Positions 9,724 to 18,123 of a stretch of 64,000 nt of DNA are shown here, one piece after another. Under the pieces are notes generated by a model. It worked only from the letters and a program-made list of their open reading frames with translations, was not told where the DNA came from and made no database searches. The stretch spans positions 8,228-72,227 of the forward strand of contig CAZILC010000006.1 in the NCBI GenBank assembly GCA_964540055.1. Direction: 5' to 3'. This DNA is from an uncultured Gammaproteobacteria bacterium. Lineage in GTDB: Bacteria > Patescibacteriota > Microgenomatia > Levybacterales > UBA12049. The position numbers and the translations under genes were made by a program. Each line of letters opens with the position of its first letter. The stretch's first letter is position 1.

Positions 9724-10698
9724 TTACTTCAAAGAAGCTGCAGGAGTTGCTTTTGAAGTTCTATTGAAAGTTAAAGTCCAGATACCAATAGAATATCCTG
9801 TTGTGAATTTAACTTGTATATCGTCGACTTTATGTTTATCTAAATAATACTTTTTTGCTTGTTTTTCTAATTGAGTACCTAATTTATTTATTTGTTCGTC
9901 ATCAAAAAATGTATTTCTGTCGACCTCAGCTCGGATCACCAAAGATGTATTAGTTTCATCTCCTGACCAAGAGCGAAAAGTACTTAAATCATATCCTGAA
10001 GTTATAACACCCTTATCCGAATTCATAGCTTGTATGAACTGCTCCGTACCATTAAATATACCTAAATTAAACGGATTAATGATACTTGCTGCAAAAAACC
10101 CAATACAAATTAACCCTGTCAAAATGAAAGATATTTTTTTAGGTTTATTACTACTTACTTTTGCTTTAAAATACTTTTGTTTTTCAAGTTTAGTTAGTAA
10201 TGTAATTTGTTTTACTTTTATACTATATACTCCGCTCACTATATCGTGTAGACCTCGATGCTGCGGATGAAATAAAATATAGACTAAGTCTGCAACAACA
10301 AAGGAAGCCACGATTGCACTGATAAAACTTTGTATAAATATATTTGTAGTTAAAGGCATCATCGCAAGAATATGGGAATTATTTATTGCCAAAAGTAGGA
10401 GAAAATTTCTCAATAAAGCTTGGTTTAATGAAAGAAACTCGCCTTTTTTATTTACCAAAGCAATTCGTAGTAATTTAGCTCCCAAAGTCTGACCCTTGAA
10501 ATAAGTCTGAAGAAATGAAAAATACAGTAAAGAGATAACTAACCCCACCCACCAACCGTTGAATCCGAGTGAAAAAAAGTAATCACCGAATGGAAAACTT
10601 AATAACATTCCAATTACTCCAAGAATGCATATATCTATACCGAAGGCAAGCCATTTCCTAAATACGCCGGCTGTCACCAAAGTTATTTTTTTATTCAT
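9724..10698 (-). CDS. RDD-family membrane protein with extra C-terminal domain
   Basis: N-terminal polytopic region ending in HRGLHDIVSGVYSI, typical of RDD domains. A further TM segment and a soluble C-terminal domain follow. Confidence 0.55.
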   Translation of the reverse strand: MNKKITLVTAGVFRKWLAFGIDICILGVIGMLLSFPFGDYFFSLGFNGWWVGLVISLLYFSFLQTYFKGQTLGAKLLRIALVNKKGEFLSLNQALLRNFLLLLAINNSHILAMMPLTTNIFIQSFISAIVASFVVADLVYILFHPQHRGLHDIVSGVYSIKVKQITLLTKLEKQKYFKAKVSSNKPKKISFILTGLICIGFFAASIINPFNLGIFNGTEQFIQAMNSDKGVITSGYDLSTFRSWSGDETNTSLVIRAEVDRNTFFDDEQINKLGTQLEKQAKKYYLDKHKVDDIQVKFTTGYSIGIWTLTFNRTSKATPAASLK

Positions 10699-10745
10699 GA
10701 GGGGAATTATAGCAGAGTTGAAACAAAAAATAAACTTATAGTAGT
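10696..10745 (-). promoter_or_regulatory. Leaderless promoter cassette, copy 2
   Basis: Minus strand reads ACTACTATAAGTTTATTTTT-tgtttcaac-TCTGCTATAAT-tcccctc-ATG. Confidence 0.5.
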
Positions 10746-10826
10746 AAACCCGTCAATTTGATTATAACAAAAAAATATCTCATAGTTTGAAATTTAATTA
10801 AATCTCTGCTATACTTGCGCTTCAAA

Positions 10827-11753
10827 ATGAAAAATAATAAAAATATAGTACAAAAACTTTTGCAAGAAGCGTCCTTTTTTGAAGACCGGGGCAAAACCGC
10901 TGATGCTGCAAAAAAATATGCTGAAATATTAGAGCATTCACCAAATAACATAAATGCTTTATATGGCTTAGGTATGTGTCTTATAAACCAAAAAGAATTT
11001 GCTGACGGAGAAAAACTGTTACAAAAAGGTATGACTCTCTATCCACATACAGATTGGTTTTATGACGCTCTCTATGTCCATGAAAACGTATTTAATAACC
11101 ATAAAGAAGTCTCAAACATTATCAAGTTATGGTTAAAAAATATACCTAATAGTGGTTTAGCACATGCAAGAAATGCTGATTTCTTAATGAAAAACAAATC
11201 AGGAAACTACACAGAAATTCTGCGAGAAGCAAAAGAGGGAATTAGACTAAACCCAGTTAATTCTACTTGTATTGAAACTATGGCATTTGCCCTTTGGAAA
11301 GCTAAAGGAGAAATAAATGAAGCAAAAGAATATTTTATACACGCATTAAAATTGGATCCTCATGATGCTATCCTACATAATAATTTTGGCCATTTCTTAC
11401 TAATGACAGGAGATCCACGAAGAGCCCTTGATGAATTTAGGATGGCTTTGCGACTAAACCCAACTTTGAAAGTTAGTGTCAACAATTTAGGAAAAGCACT
11501 TTATGCAACGAATCGATTTCTTGGATGGAGATATAATATATCTGTTTTCATGACACGTCATCCTGTATTTAATAGACTCAACGGAGTAATCGCATTTTTT
11601 GTTATTAGAGGTTTAATTGAATTAGAACAAAAGGGAATTATTTCAAGTTTTGTATTGTTATCAATCTTAATACCTTACCTTATATATTTGCTTTTTTCTT
11701 ACTTCGGATACAGTACATTTATGTATTTATTTAAAAAAGGATGGATAGTTTAA
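10827..11753 (+). CDS. TPR-repeat protein with C-terminal membrane anchor
   Basis: Start at ATG 10827 (MKNNKN). Repeated A..Y..AL..P TPR-like units (e.g. AKKYAEILEHSPNNINALYGLG, AKEYFIHALKLDPHDAILHNNFG) and two C-terminal hydrophobic segments. Confidence 0.6.
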   Translation: MKNNKNIVQKLLQEASFFEDRGKTADAAKKYAEILEHSPNNINALYGLGMCLINQKEFADGEKLLQKGMTLYPHTDWFYDALYVHENVFNNHKEVSNIIKLWLKNIPNSGLAHARNADFLMKNKSGNYTEILREAKEGIRLNPVNSTCIETMAFALWKAKGEINEAKEYFIHALKLDPHDAILHNNFGHFLLMTGDPRRALDEFRMALRLNPTLKVSVNNLGKALYATNRFLGWRYNISVFMTRHPVFNRLNGVIAFFVIRGLIELEQKGIISSFVLLSILIPYLIYLLFSYFGYSTFMYLFKKGWIV

Positions 11754-12934
11754 ATAAAACAATACAATTTCTAAAAGAAGCACTTGTAGATGAGCCAGAC
11801 AATATTGAATTACGTTTCAGGCTTGCTTCCACGTATTTTCAAAATTCAGAGCTTGAAAAAGCTATTAAACAGTGTCAAATTATTTTAAAAACACATCCTG
11901 AGAATAAAGAAGCACTTATGCTGTTACAGCATTGTCAAGAAAAACATACAGGTACGATGGAAAAAAACACTCTTTCGGAAAATAATGAAAGTTTACCCTC
12001 AATAGATAGTTCAAATAGTACACCAACAACAGATTTGCCAAACAAAAATTCACAAGATCTGCAGAAATATATTGAAAAAGCCAAAATTACTTTCTCTGAT
12101 GTTGGAGGCATGCAAGAATTGAAAGAAGAAGTGAAGTTAGGAATCATTTATCCATTTGAAAAGCCTGAACTCTATGCTAAATATGGTAAAAAAACAGGCG
12201 GCGGATTACTTTTATACGGTCCTCCCGGTTGCGGTAAAACATATATTGCTCGTGCAACAGCTGGTGAAATTGAAGCAATGTTTATGTCAATTTCTATTGA
12301 TGATGTATTAGATATGTATATCGGTCAAAGTGAAAAGCGCTTGCATCAACTATTTCAAACCGCGCGGGAGGTAAAACCAACGGTACTGTTCTTTGACGAA
12401 ATAGATGCATTAGGTATTGATAGAATGAAAGTTAGCTCTGCAGCAAGTATTGTAGTTAATCAGTTTTTAGTAGAAATGGATGGTATTGATAACAATAATG
12501 ATCAAGTAATGATAATAGGTGCTACAAACACACCGTGGCAAATTGACTCAGCATTTCAAAGACCAGGTAGATTTGACAAAATTATCTTTGTGCCTCCGCC
12601 TGATGAAGCTGCGCGTGCCGAAATTTTTAAAATTTATCTAAAAGATAAACCTACAGAGAATATTGATTATGTCGAGCTGGCAAAAAAAACAAATCTCTAT
12701 TCAGGAGCTGATATTGCCAAAATCGTCGATAGTGCAATTGAGCGTGTAATGAAAGAAGTAATTTCAGGAAAACCTGAACGCGACATTACAATGAAAGATT
12801 TAACAGAAGTTATTAATAAAACATCACCCAGTACAAAAGATTGGTTTGCCACTGCTAAAAATTTTGCGAGGTATGCGAACGAGTCAGGCAACTATACTCC
12901 GGTACTTCAGTACATTAAAGAACAAGGGCTGTAA
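11741..12934 (+). CDS. TPR-AAA+ ATPase (classical AAA clade, Cdc48/FtsH/Vps4-like module)
   Basis: N-terminal TPR units. Walker A GPPGCGKT, Walker B VLFFDEID, second region of homology ATNTPWQIDSAFQRPGRFD. Overlaps the upstream TPR gene by 13 nt. Confidence 0.85.
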   Translation: MDSLNKTIQFLKEALVDEPDNIELRFRLASTYFQNSELEKAIKQCQIILKTHPENKEALMLLQHCQEKHTGTMEKNTLSENNESLPSIDSSNSTPTTDLPNKNSQDLQKYIEKAKITFSDVGGMQELKEEVKLGIIYPFEKPELYAKYGKKTGGGLLLYGPPGCGKTYIARATAGEIEAMFMSISIDDVLDMYIGQSEKRLHQLFQTAREVKPTVLFFDEIDALGIDRMKVSSAASIVVNQFLVEMDGIDNNNDQVMIIGATNTPWQIDSAFQRPGRFDKIIFVPPPDEAARAEIFKIYLKDKPTENIDYVELAKKTNLYSGADIAKIVDSAIERVMKEVISGKPERDITMKDLTEVINKTSPSTKDWFATAKNFARYANESGNYTPVLQYIKEQGL

Positions 12935-12950
12935 GTCACATCTTACTCCT

Positions 12951-12970
12951 CATGCTACAATATCCATATG
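12951..12970 (+). promoter_or_regulatory. Extended -10 promoter with leaderless ATG (cyclase gene)
   Basis: CATGCTACAATA, with 6 nt between the TACAAT hexamer and the ATG at 12968. Confidence 0.5.
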
Positions 12971-13582
12971 AAGCTGATCGATCTCTCAGTCCCCATTTCT
13001 GCAAATATGCCAGTCTATCCCGGTGATCCGCATGTGGTTATAAAACCCGCCGGCAAATTGGAAAAAGATGGTTTTGAAGATCATTATCTCAGTATCGGAA
13101 CGCATGCTGGAACGCATATCGATGCGCCGCGGCACATGATCTCTGATGGCAAAGGACTTGATCAATTTCCTCTTGAAAAATTTACCGGCAGGGGAGTGGT
13201 AATCGATATTTTGGACAAACACTTTGATCTAGGAAAAATAAAATCGGCAAATATACAACCCGACGATATCGTATTCTTCCGTACTAGTATGAGTGATTTT
13301 TTTGATAAACCTGAATATTTTGATAACTACCCTGCTATTCCTGAAGATGTTACAAAGTATCTTATAGAGAAAAAAATAAAAATCGTCGGCGTTGATATGT
13401 GCAGTGTCGATCATGAAGAATTTATAGCACACAAACTTTTTCTCCAAAACGAAATTCTGATCATCGAAAATCTTACCAGTCTGAAAGCCTTACAAGATAA
13501 ACAATTCACCATCTACGCCTTCCCATTAAAACTCGATCTCGACGGCTCCCCTGTCCGCGTTGTTGCTGAGATTGAGGAATAA
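12968..13582 (+). CDS. Cyclase-family protein / kynurenine formamidase-like
   Basis: Motif HAGTHIDAPRHM (HxGTHxDxPxH) and the overall size are typical of the putative cyclase / arylformamidase family. Confidence 0.75.
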   Translation: MKLIDLSVPISANMPVYPGDPHVVIKPAGKLEKDGFEDHYLSIGTHAGTHIDAPRHMISDGKGLDQFPLEKFTGRGVVIDILDKHFDLGKIKSANIQPDDIVFFRTSMSDFFDKPEYFDNYPAIPEDVTKYLIEKKIKIVGVDMCSVDHEEFIAHKLFLQNEILIIENLTSLKALQDKQFTIYAFPLKLDLDGSPVRVVAEIEE

Positions 13583-13584
13583 TC

Positions 13585-13604
13585 CATGCTACAATACAAG
13601 AGTG
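13585..13604 (+). promoter_or_regulatory. Extended -10 promoter with leaderless GTG (GT-C paralog 2)
   Basis: The same 12-mer CATGCTACAATA, with 6 nt between the hexamer and the in-frame GTG at 13602. Confidence 0.45.
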
Positions 13605-15284
13605 GTAAAAAGAATTCTTGATCAAAGTAAAATTTTGCTGCTGCTAATTGTCTTCCTCGGCGCATTTTTCAGGTTTTATGATGTCAATTGGGATCAAAAT
13701 CAGCACCTCCATCCTGATGAGCGCTTCCTCACCATGGTCGCAACAGACATGAAAACTCCGCCCAATTTTGCCACCTATCTTGACCCATCAGTATCTTCAA
13801 TGAATCCAGCCAACATTGGGCATTCCTTTTATGTCTACGGCGTTTTCCCGGTGGTAGCGGACAAACTACTGGCAATCGGCACAAAAGCAGATAACTATAA
13901 CGACATCACCCTTTTGGGAAGAATGCTTTCTGGATTTGTGGATCTACTCATGGTCGCACTCGTTTTTAAAACAGCCCAGCTTTTTGAAAAGAAAGACAAA
14001 CTTCATCCATCGGTGAAATATTGGGCCGCATTTTTTTATGCTATCACAGTTCTTCCGATCCAACTCTCTCATTTTTTTACCACAGATACATTCTTAAGCG
14101 CTTTTACTTTCCTGTCTTTTTTCTCCGCCCTTTCATTTTCCTATTCCAAACGAATCTACTGGCTACTTTTGAGCGGTCTATTTCTGGGACTGGCAATTGC
14201 TTCCAAAGTCACAGCAATTTTTGTTTTTCCGCTGCTTCTGTACTTTTTTATAAATGCTTACAGTGAAAAACGAAAAATTTTAAAGAAAAATCTTCTTCGT
14301 TTACTGGGGGATCTACTGCTTTTTGGAATAACAGCATATTTATCCGTACGCATTGCCGATCCATATTTATTCCAAACCGGAAATGTACTAGATCCGACCC
14401 CAAGCCAACTTTTTTTAAAAAATCTCAAAGATCTCCAAGCTTGGAGTGATCCCAAAGCGTGGTATCCACCAGGCGTCCAATGGATTCACAAAACACCAAT
14501 TCTTTTTGCTCTGAAAAATCTGACTCTCTATGGAATTGGTATAGGCTATGCCATTTGTGTCTTACTTGGGGGATTTTTTCTTATTAAAAAAATAAGACAT
14601 GCTCAGTTGTATGTAATCGGCGGGTGGGTCATACTATTTTTTCTCTATCAATCACTGCAATCAGTCCAGACCATGCGCTACTTTATTATGCTCTATCCAT
14701 TCCTGGCTCTTTTTGCCGGCATTGGTTTTGCTTATTTGTTCAAACAATATTCCAAACTCTTCTCAGTTCCGTTACTTATTTTTGTCATTATCTGGCCGCT
14801 GCTTTTCTTCTCAATTTACACCAAACCAATTACCCGATACAGCGCATCTGATTGGATTTATAAAAATCTCCCCACCAATAGTGTTATTCTGACAGAAAGT
14901 TGGGATGACGGATTGCCATTGCCAATCTATGATATGTCGGCGAGAAATTACAAACCAGAACAACTGCCGGTCTTTGATCCCGACACACCCGATAAATGGA
15001 TGAAAATGGATGGACTATTGAAACAAGGCGACTACCTAATATTATCCTCAAACCGCGGATGGGGGAGTATCCCAACAGTCCCGGAGCGCTTCCCAATGAT
15101 GAAAGCATTCTATGCTAGTCTTTTTGCCGGAAAAACAGATTATCAAGAAATAAAACAATTTACCTCCTATCCCTCCCTCACATACCTTGGCATCCCACTC
15201 ACCATCCCCGATGACAACGCCGAAGAAGCCTTCACAGTCTACGACCACCCAAAAGTCATTATTTTTAAAAACAAAAATAAATAG
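13602..15284 (+). CDS. GT-C fold membrane glycosyltransferase (family 39/PMT_2-like), paralog 2, GTG start
   Basis: FYDVNWDQNQHLHPDERF loop and C-terminal VYDHPKVIIFKNK match paralog 1. Start set at the in-frame GTG 13602, 6 nt after TGCTACAAT, rather than the overlapping track start at 13560. Confidence 0.65.
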   Translation: MVKRILDQSKILLLLIVFLGAFFRFYDVNWDQNQHLHPDERFLTMVATDMKTPPNFATYLDPSVSSMNPANIGHSFYVYGVFPVVADKLLAIGTKADNYNDITLLGRMLSGFVDLLMVALVFKTAQLFEKKDKLHPSVKYWAAFFYAITVLPIQLSHFFTTDTFLSAFTFLSFFSALSFSYSKRIYWLLLSGLFLGLAIASKVTAIFVFPLLLYFFINAYSEKRKILKKNLLRLLGDLLLFGITAYLSVRIADPYLFQTGNVLDPTPSQLFLKNLKDLQAWSDPKAWYPPGVQWIHKTPILFALKNLTLYGIGIGYAICVLLGGFFLIKKIRHAQLYVIGGWVILFFLYQSLQSVQTMRYFIMLYPFLALFAGIGFAYLFKQYSKLFSVPLLIFVIIWPLLFFSIYTKPITRYSASDWIYKNLPTNSVILTESWDDGLPLPIYDMSARNYKPEQLPVFDPDTPDKWMKMDGLLKQGDYLILSSNRGWGSIPTVPERFPMMKAFYASLFAGKTDYQEIKQFTSYPSLTYLGIPLTIPDDNAEEAFTVYDHPKVIIFKNKNK

Positions 15285-15304
15285 CATTACAATATTTCGG
15301 CAAT

Positions 15305-15445
15305 AATGCGCGCAACGTCAAAAAAATTTATGAAATGAAGCGTTAAAAAAACCGAACGGTTTTTAGCATAATGGAATAAATTTTTAGCGAGCACATCCTT
15401 GCCGAGAGTTTTGGTACTTTGGCGGCCCAAAGTACAAGAAATAAT
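15305..15445. repeat. Structured intergenic repeat, copy A
   Basis: Aligns with 21027-21202. The last 48 nt (15397-15444) match 21154-21201 at 47/48 positions. Contains the TGCGCGCA palindrome, an A/U-stem hairpin, a TTTTTAGC direct repeat, and the perfect hairpin GTACTTTGG-cggc-CCAAAGTAC (15414-15435). Confidence 0.75.
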
Positions 15446-15447
15446 AT

Positions 15448-16944
15448 ATGAAAAAATACTTCCTAAACAACTGGCAACTCATAGGTATCTTATTGGTATA
15501 CCTATGTGTCGCTCTCTACCAACTCGATTCAATCCCCGGTGAAATCTGGGGCGACGCAATCTCCCATTACAATCTTGCAGAAAAAGTGCTTCATGGAGGC
15601 TTCTTTTATGATTACGAATTCGGTGGCGACGGCCCGATATTCACCTATCTAGCAGTTGCAGTCTCGTACGTCACGCATCTTTCATTTTATAGTTTGAAAC
15701 TTACGTCTGTAATAATCGGATTCTTTTTCGTCCTGTCCATGTATTTTCTCGCAAAAGAATTTTTTAAAGAAAAAACAGTCGCGCTTTTATCAGCATTTAT
15801 CAGTGGCATCTCCTTCTGGACCCTTGTTTTTGCTAAACAACCCCATGCGCGTATCCTCGTCCCGCTTTTTATCTGCCTGACGCTCATTTATACTCTCAAA
15901 AAGAAAAATATTGTCGCCGGAATTTTCCTTGGACTGGGGATGTACACTCAAGCAAGTTTTTGGGGAATGATACTTACTTATTGGCGCAACTGGAAAACAC
16001 TTCTCATCGGAGTAATCCTCACCATACCTCTTATCTTTGCATTTATTTACAATCCAGTCAGCTTCTTCTCAAAAGATTCCTATTTCGGCGAAAAACTTGC
16101 CGTTCATACACCATTTACTCAGGATCTCTACGCATTTTTCTATAACGTTCAGGCAAATCTATTATCATTTAACGTCAAAGGCGACAGTATTTTCCGCATG
16201 AATATTCCTCACCATCCGCATCTGGATGTCATAAGTGGCTTGCTTTTTGTTTTTGGATTTCTTTTCATTCTTGTCCAAAGTATTAGAAAAAAACAAAAAG
16301 AATTTATTCTCTATTTTATTCTGCCCTTTTTCTTTATTCAGGTTCCCTCATTTCTGGATATTCATAATTACTTCTCCCAGCCAAACATCTCACGCATGAT
16401 AGGTGTTATTCCGTTTGTTTATATGAGTGTTGCCTATGGTATTTTTAAATTAAACGAGTTGCTAACGAAAAAAATTCACAACCAAACTGCTAGGGAATAT
16501 GTGCCATATTTCATGTATATCGGCCTGCCTATCTTTATTTTTATTCTCAATTTTTATAACTACTTTTATATTTTTCCTCTGACTCTCCCGAACAGCAACA
16601 CGCCGTTTGGTAAATTAATTGCTGAGGCAATCGATGATACAACCCCACAAACCCATGCGATAATCATTGGTGCCGGGTGGGGACAATATGTCCAACCGGA
16701 AGTTGCGGGCATTCCAATGGTGCAAACAACAGTGCACCAGGAAGATTTTTTTCAAACAGTTGATCAAACAACCCAATCGCTTTGTCAAACCACACAGCAC
16801 GGAACACCTATTCTTATAGCTAGTAATCCCGCATTTGCAAGCCAGTTACAATCCGCAAATATGTGTATCAATAAAACAAAATCATATATGCTCAGAAGTA
16901 ACGGTTGGGATGTGGCATATATTATTGAGGGTGTGCAGAAGTAA
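15448..16944 (+). CDS. GT-C fold membrane glycosyltransferase (ArnT/GT39-like)
   Basis: 498-aa polytopic protein with about 10 or more hydrophobic segments. Has an early loop GEIWGDAISHYNLAEKVLHG and a soluble C-terminal domain. Confidence 0.55.
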   Translation: MKKYFLNNWQLIGILLVYLCVALYQLDSIPGEIWGDAISHYNLAEKVLHGGFFYDYEFGGDGPIFTYLAVAVSYVTHLSFYSLKLTSVIIGFFFVLSMYFLAKEFFKEKTVALLSAFISGISFWTLVFAKQPHARILVPLFICLTLIYTLKKKNIVAGIFLGLGMYTQASFWGMILTYWRNWKTLLIGVILTIPLIFAFIYNPVSFFSKDSYFGEKLAVHTPFTQDLYAFFYNVQANLLSFNVKGDSIFRMNIPHHPHLDVISGLLFVFGFLFILVQSIRKKQKEFILYFILPFFFIQVPSFLDIHNYFSQPNISRMIGVIPFVYMSVAYGIFKLNELLTKKIHNQTAREYVPYFMYIGLPIFIFILNFYNYFYIFPLTLPNSNTPFGKLIAEAIDDTTPQTHAIIIGAGWGQYVQPEVAGIPMVQTTVHQEDFFQTVDQTTQSLCQTTQHGTPILIASNPAFASQLQSANMCINKTKSYMLRSNGWDVAYIIEGVQK

Positions 16945-16946
16945 TC

Positions 16947-18086
16947 TTACCTCTTTATAAACTCTTCTGCATGGTGAACAATTTTTTCAGTATCCAACAG
17001 CTCTCGAAGTTTATTTTCATTTTTCATGATATCCGATTTTTGCTTTTCAAAACGGATAATTGCTTCTGCCAATTCTTCAGGTGATTCGGTTTTAAAAGTT
17101 AAACCAAATCCTGATTCTTTTACCAAATACCGAAGCCCAGGAATATCGCTCACAATTGCTGGTGTCCCGCAAAGCATTGCTTCTGCTTGAACTAAATTAA
17201 AACAATCTGACCGTGACGGAACAATAATTGCATCAATTCCCTGATAAAAACTTTTCAATCCCGAATCATCCAATAACCCAAGAAATGTCAGATGATCTTT
17301 GACTTGCTCAAATAATTTCTTGTTCTTTCCAAAAAAATCTTCATAAGACATTTCTTGCCCAGCAATAACAAAGTGAGCGCTTGGAATTTTTTCTAAGATT
17401 TTAGGAATTGCACGAAACAAAATATCAAAACCTTTCTCTTCAACAAACCGCCCGGCAAAACCAAAAATAAGCTTATGTTGTTTTTGTAATATTTCAATTT
17501 TGTCTAATGGTTTAGCAACATTTTTAGATTGCAATACAACAGGTAACAAAATGGGAGTAAATTTTTTCAAATGCGGCTTGAGAATTCGTGAATGCCTGGC
17601 ATAATCCGCTGTATATGTGCTGACTTTATCAGCAAGGGACAATGAAATAAAACAAGAAAGATCAAATACTTTTTCAATTACTTTGTTGATTAAACTCGGA
17701 GGAAGAATTAAATCACCCTGATGAAAAATCAATAATTTTTTACCGAAAAGTTTGGCAAATAAGGAAAAGAAAACAATATTTGCACTGGGCGAATTGATCA
17801 TTACGCAATCATTTTTTGAAACATTCTGTAAAAAATCCCATAAAATTGCTAACGAATACTTAGATCTGCTAATCGATAACAAATAATCACTTCTCAAAAC
17901 TCTCACTTTACCCAAGTTCTCCGACTTCCCCAACTTTTTATCAAAACTGACAGTCAAAACGGTTATTGTAAACCTATCCTGCAAGGCCTGAGTTAACGAA
18001 AAAACCGATTTTGCTATGCCTGTCCAGTGAGGATAAAAAAAATCGGTAACAAGCAGAACGCGCATTTGCTTTTCCTGTGTTGTCAT
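16947..18086 (-). CDS. Glycosyltransferase family 4 (GT-B, glycosyl transferases group 1)
   Basis: C-terminal domain FGFAGRFVEEKGFDIL...VPSRSDCFNLVQAEAMLCGTPAIVSD carries the E-x7-E-type GT4 signature region. Confidence 0.85.
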   Translation of the reverse strand: MTTQEKQMRVLLVTDFFYPHWTGIAKSVFSLTQALQDRFTITVLTVSFDKKLGKSENLGKVRVLRSDYLLSISRSKYSLAILWDFLQNVSKNDCVMINSPSANIVFFSLFAKLFGKKLLIFHQGDLILPPSLINKVIEKVFDLSCFISLSLADKVSTYTADYARHSRILKPHLKKFTPILLPVVLQSKNVAKPLDKIEILQKQHKLIFGFAGRFVEEKGFDILFRAIPKILEKIPSAHFVIAGQEMSYEDFFGKNKKLFEQVKDHLTFLGLLDDSGLKSFYQGIDAIIVPSRSDCFNLVQAEAMLCGTPAIVSDIPGLRYLVKESGFGLTFKTESPEELAEAIIRFEKQKSDIMKNENKLRELLDTEKIVHHAEEFIKR

Positions 18087-18123
18087 GGTTAAGTAATATT
18101 ATATAATAAAAAGACTAAATTCT

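Noticed and set aside
13281-13290. GTACTAGTAT inside the cyclase gene as a second TrpR-type operator
   Set aside because: It is intragenic, is a single half-site without a symmetric partner, and is plausibly a chance occurrence.
13560-13601. Track start of the GT-C paralog, which overlaps the cyclase gene by 23 nt
   Set aside because: An in-frame GTG at 13602 lies 6 nt after TGCTACAAT, the same 12-mer promoter as the neighbouring gene. The extension (MLLRLRNNPCYNTR) precedes the expected basic and TM N-terminus.
15414-15435. Perfect 9-bp hairpin of the intergenic repeat (also at 21171-21192) as a canonical intrinsic terminator
   Set aside because: No U-tract follows on either strand (aagaaataa on the plus strand, caaaactc on the minus strand). 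It is kept as part of the repeat finding instead.
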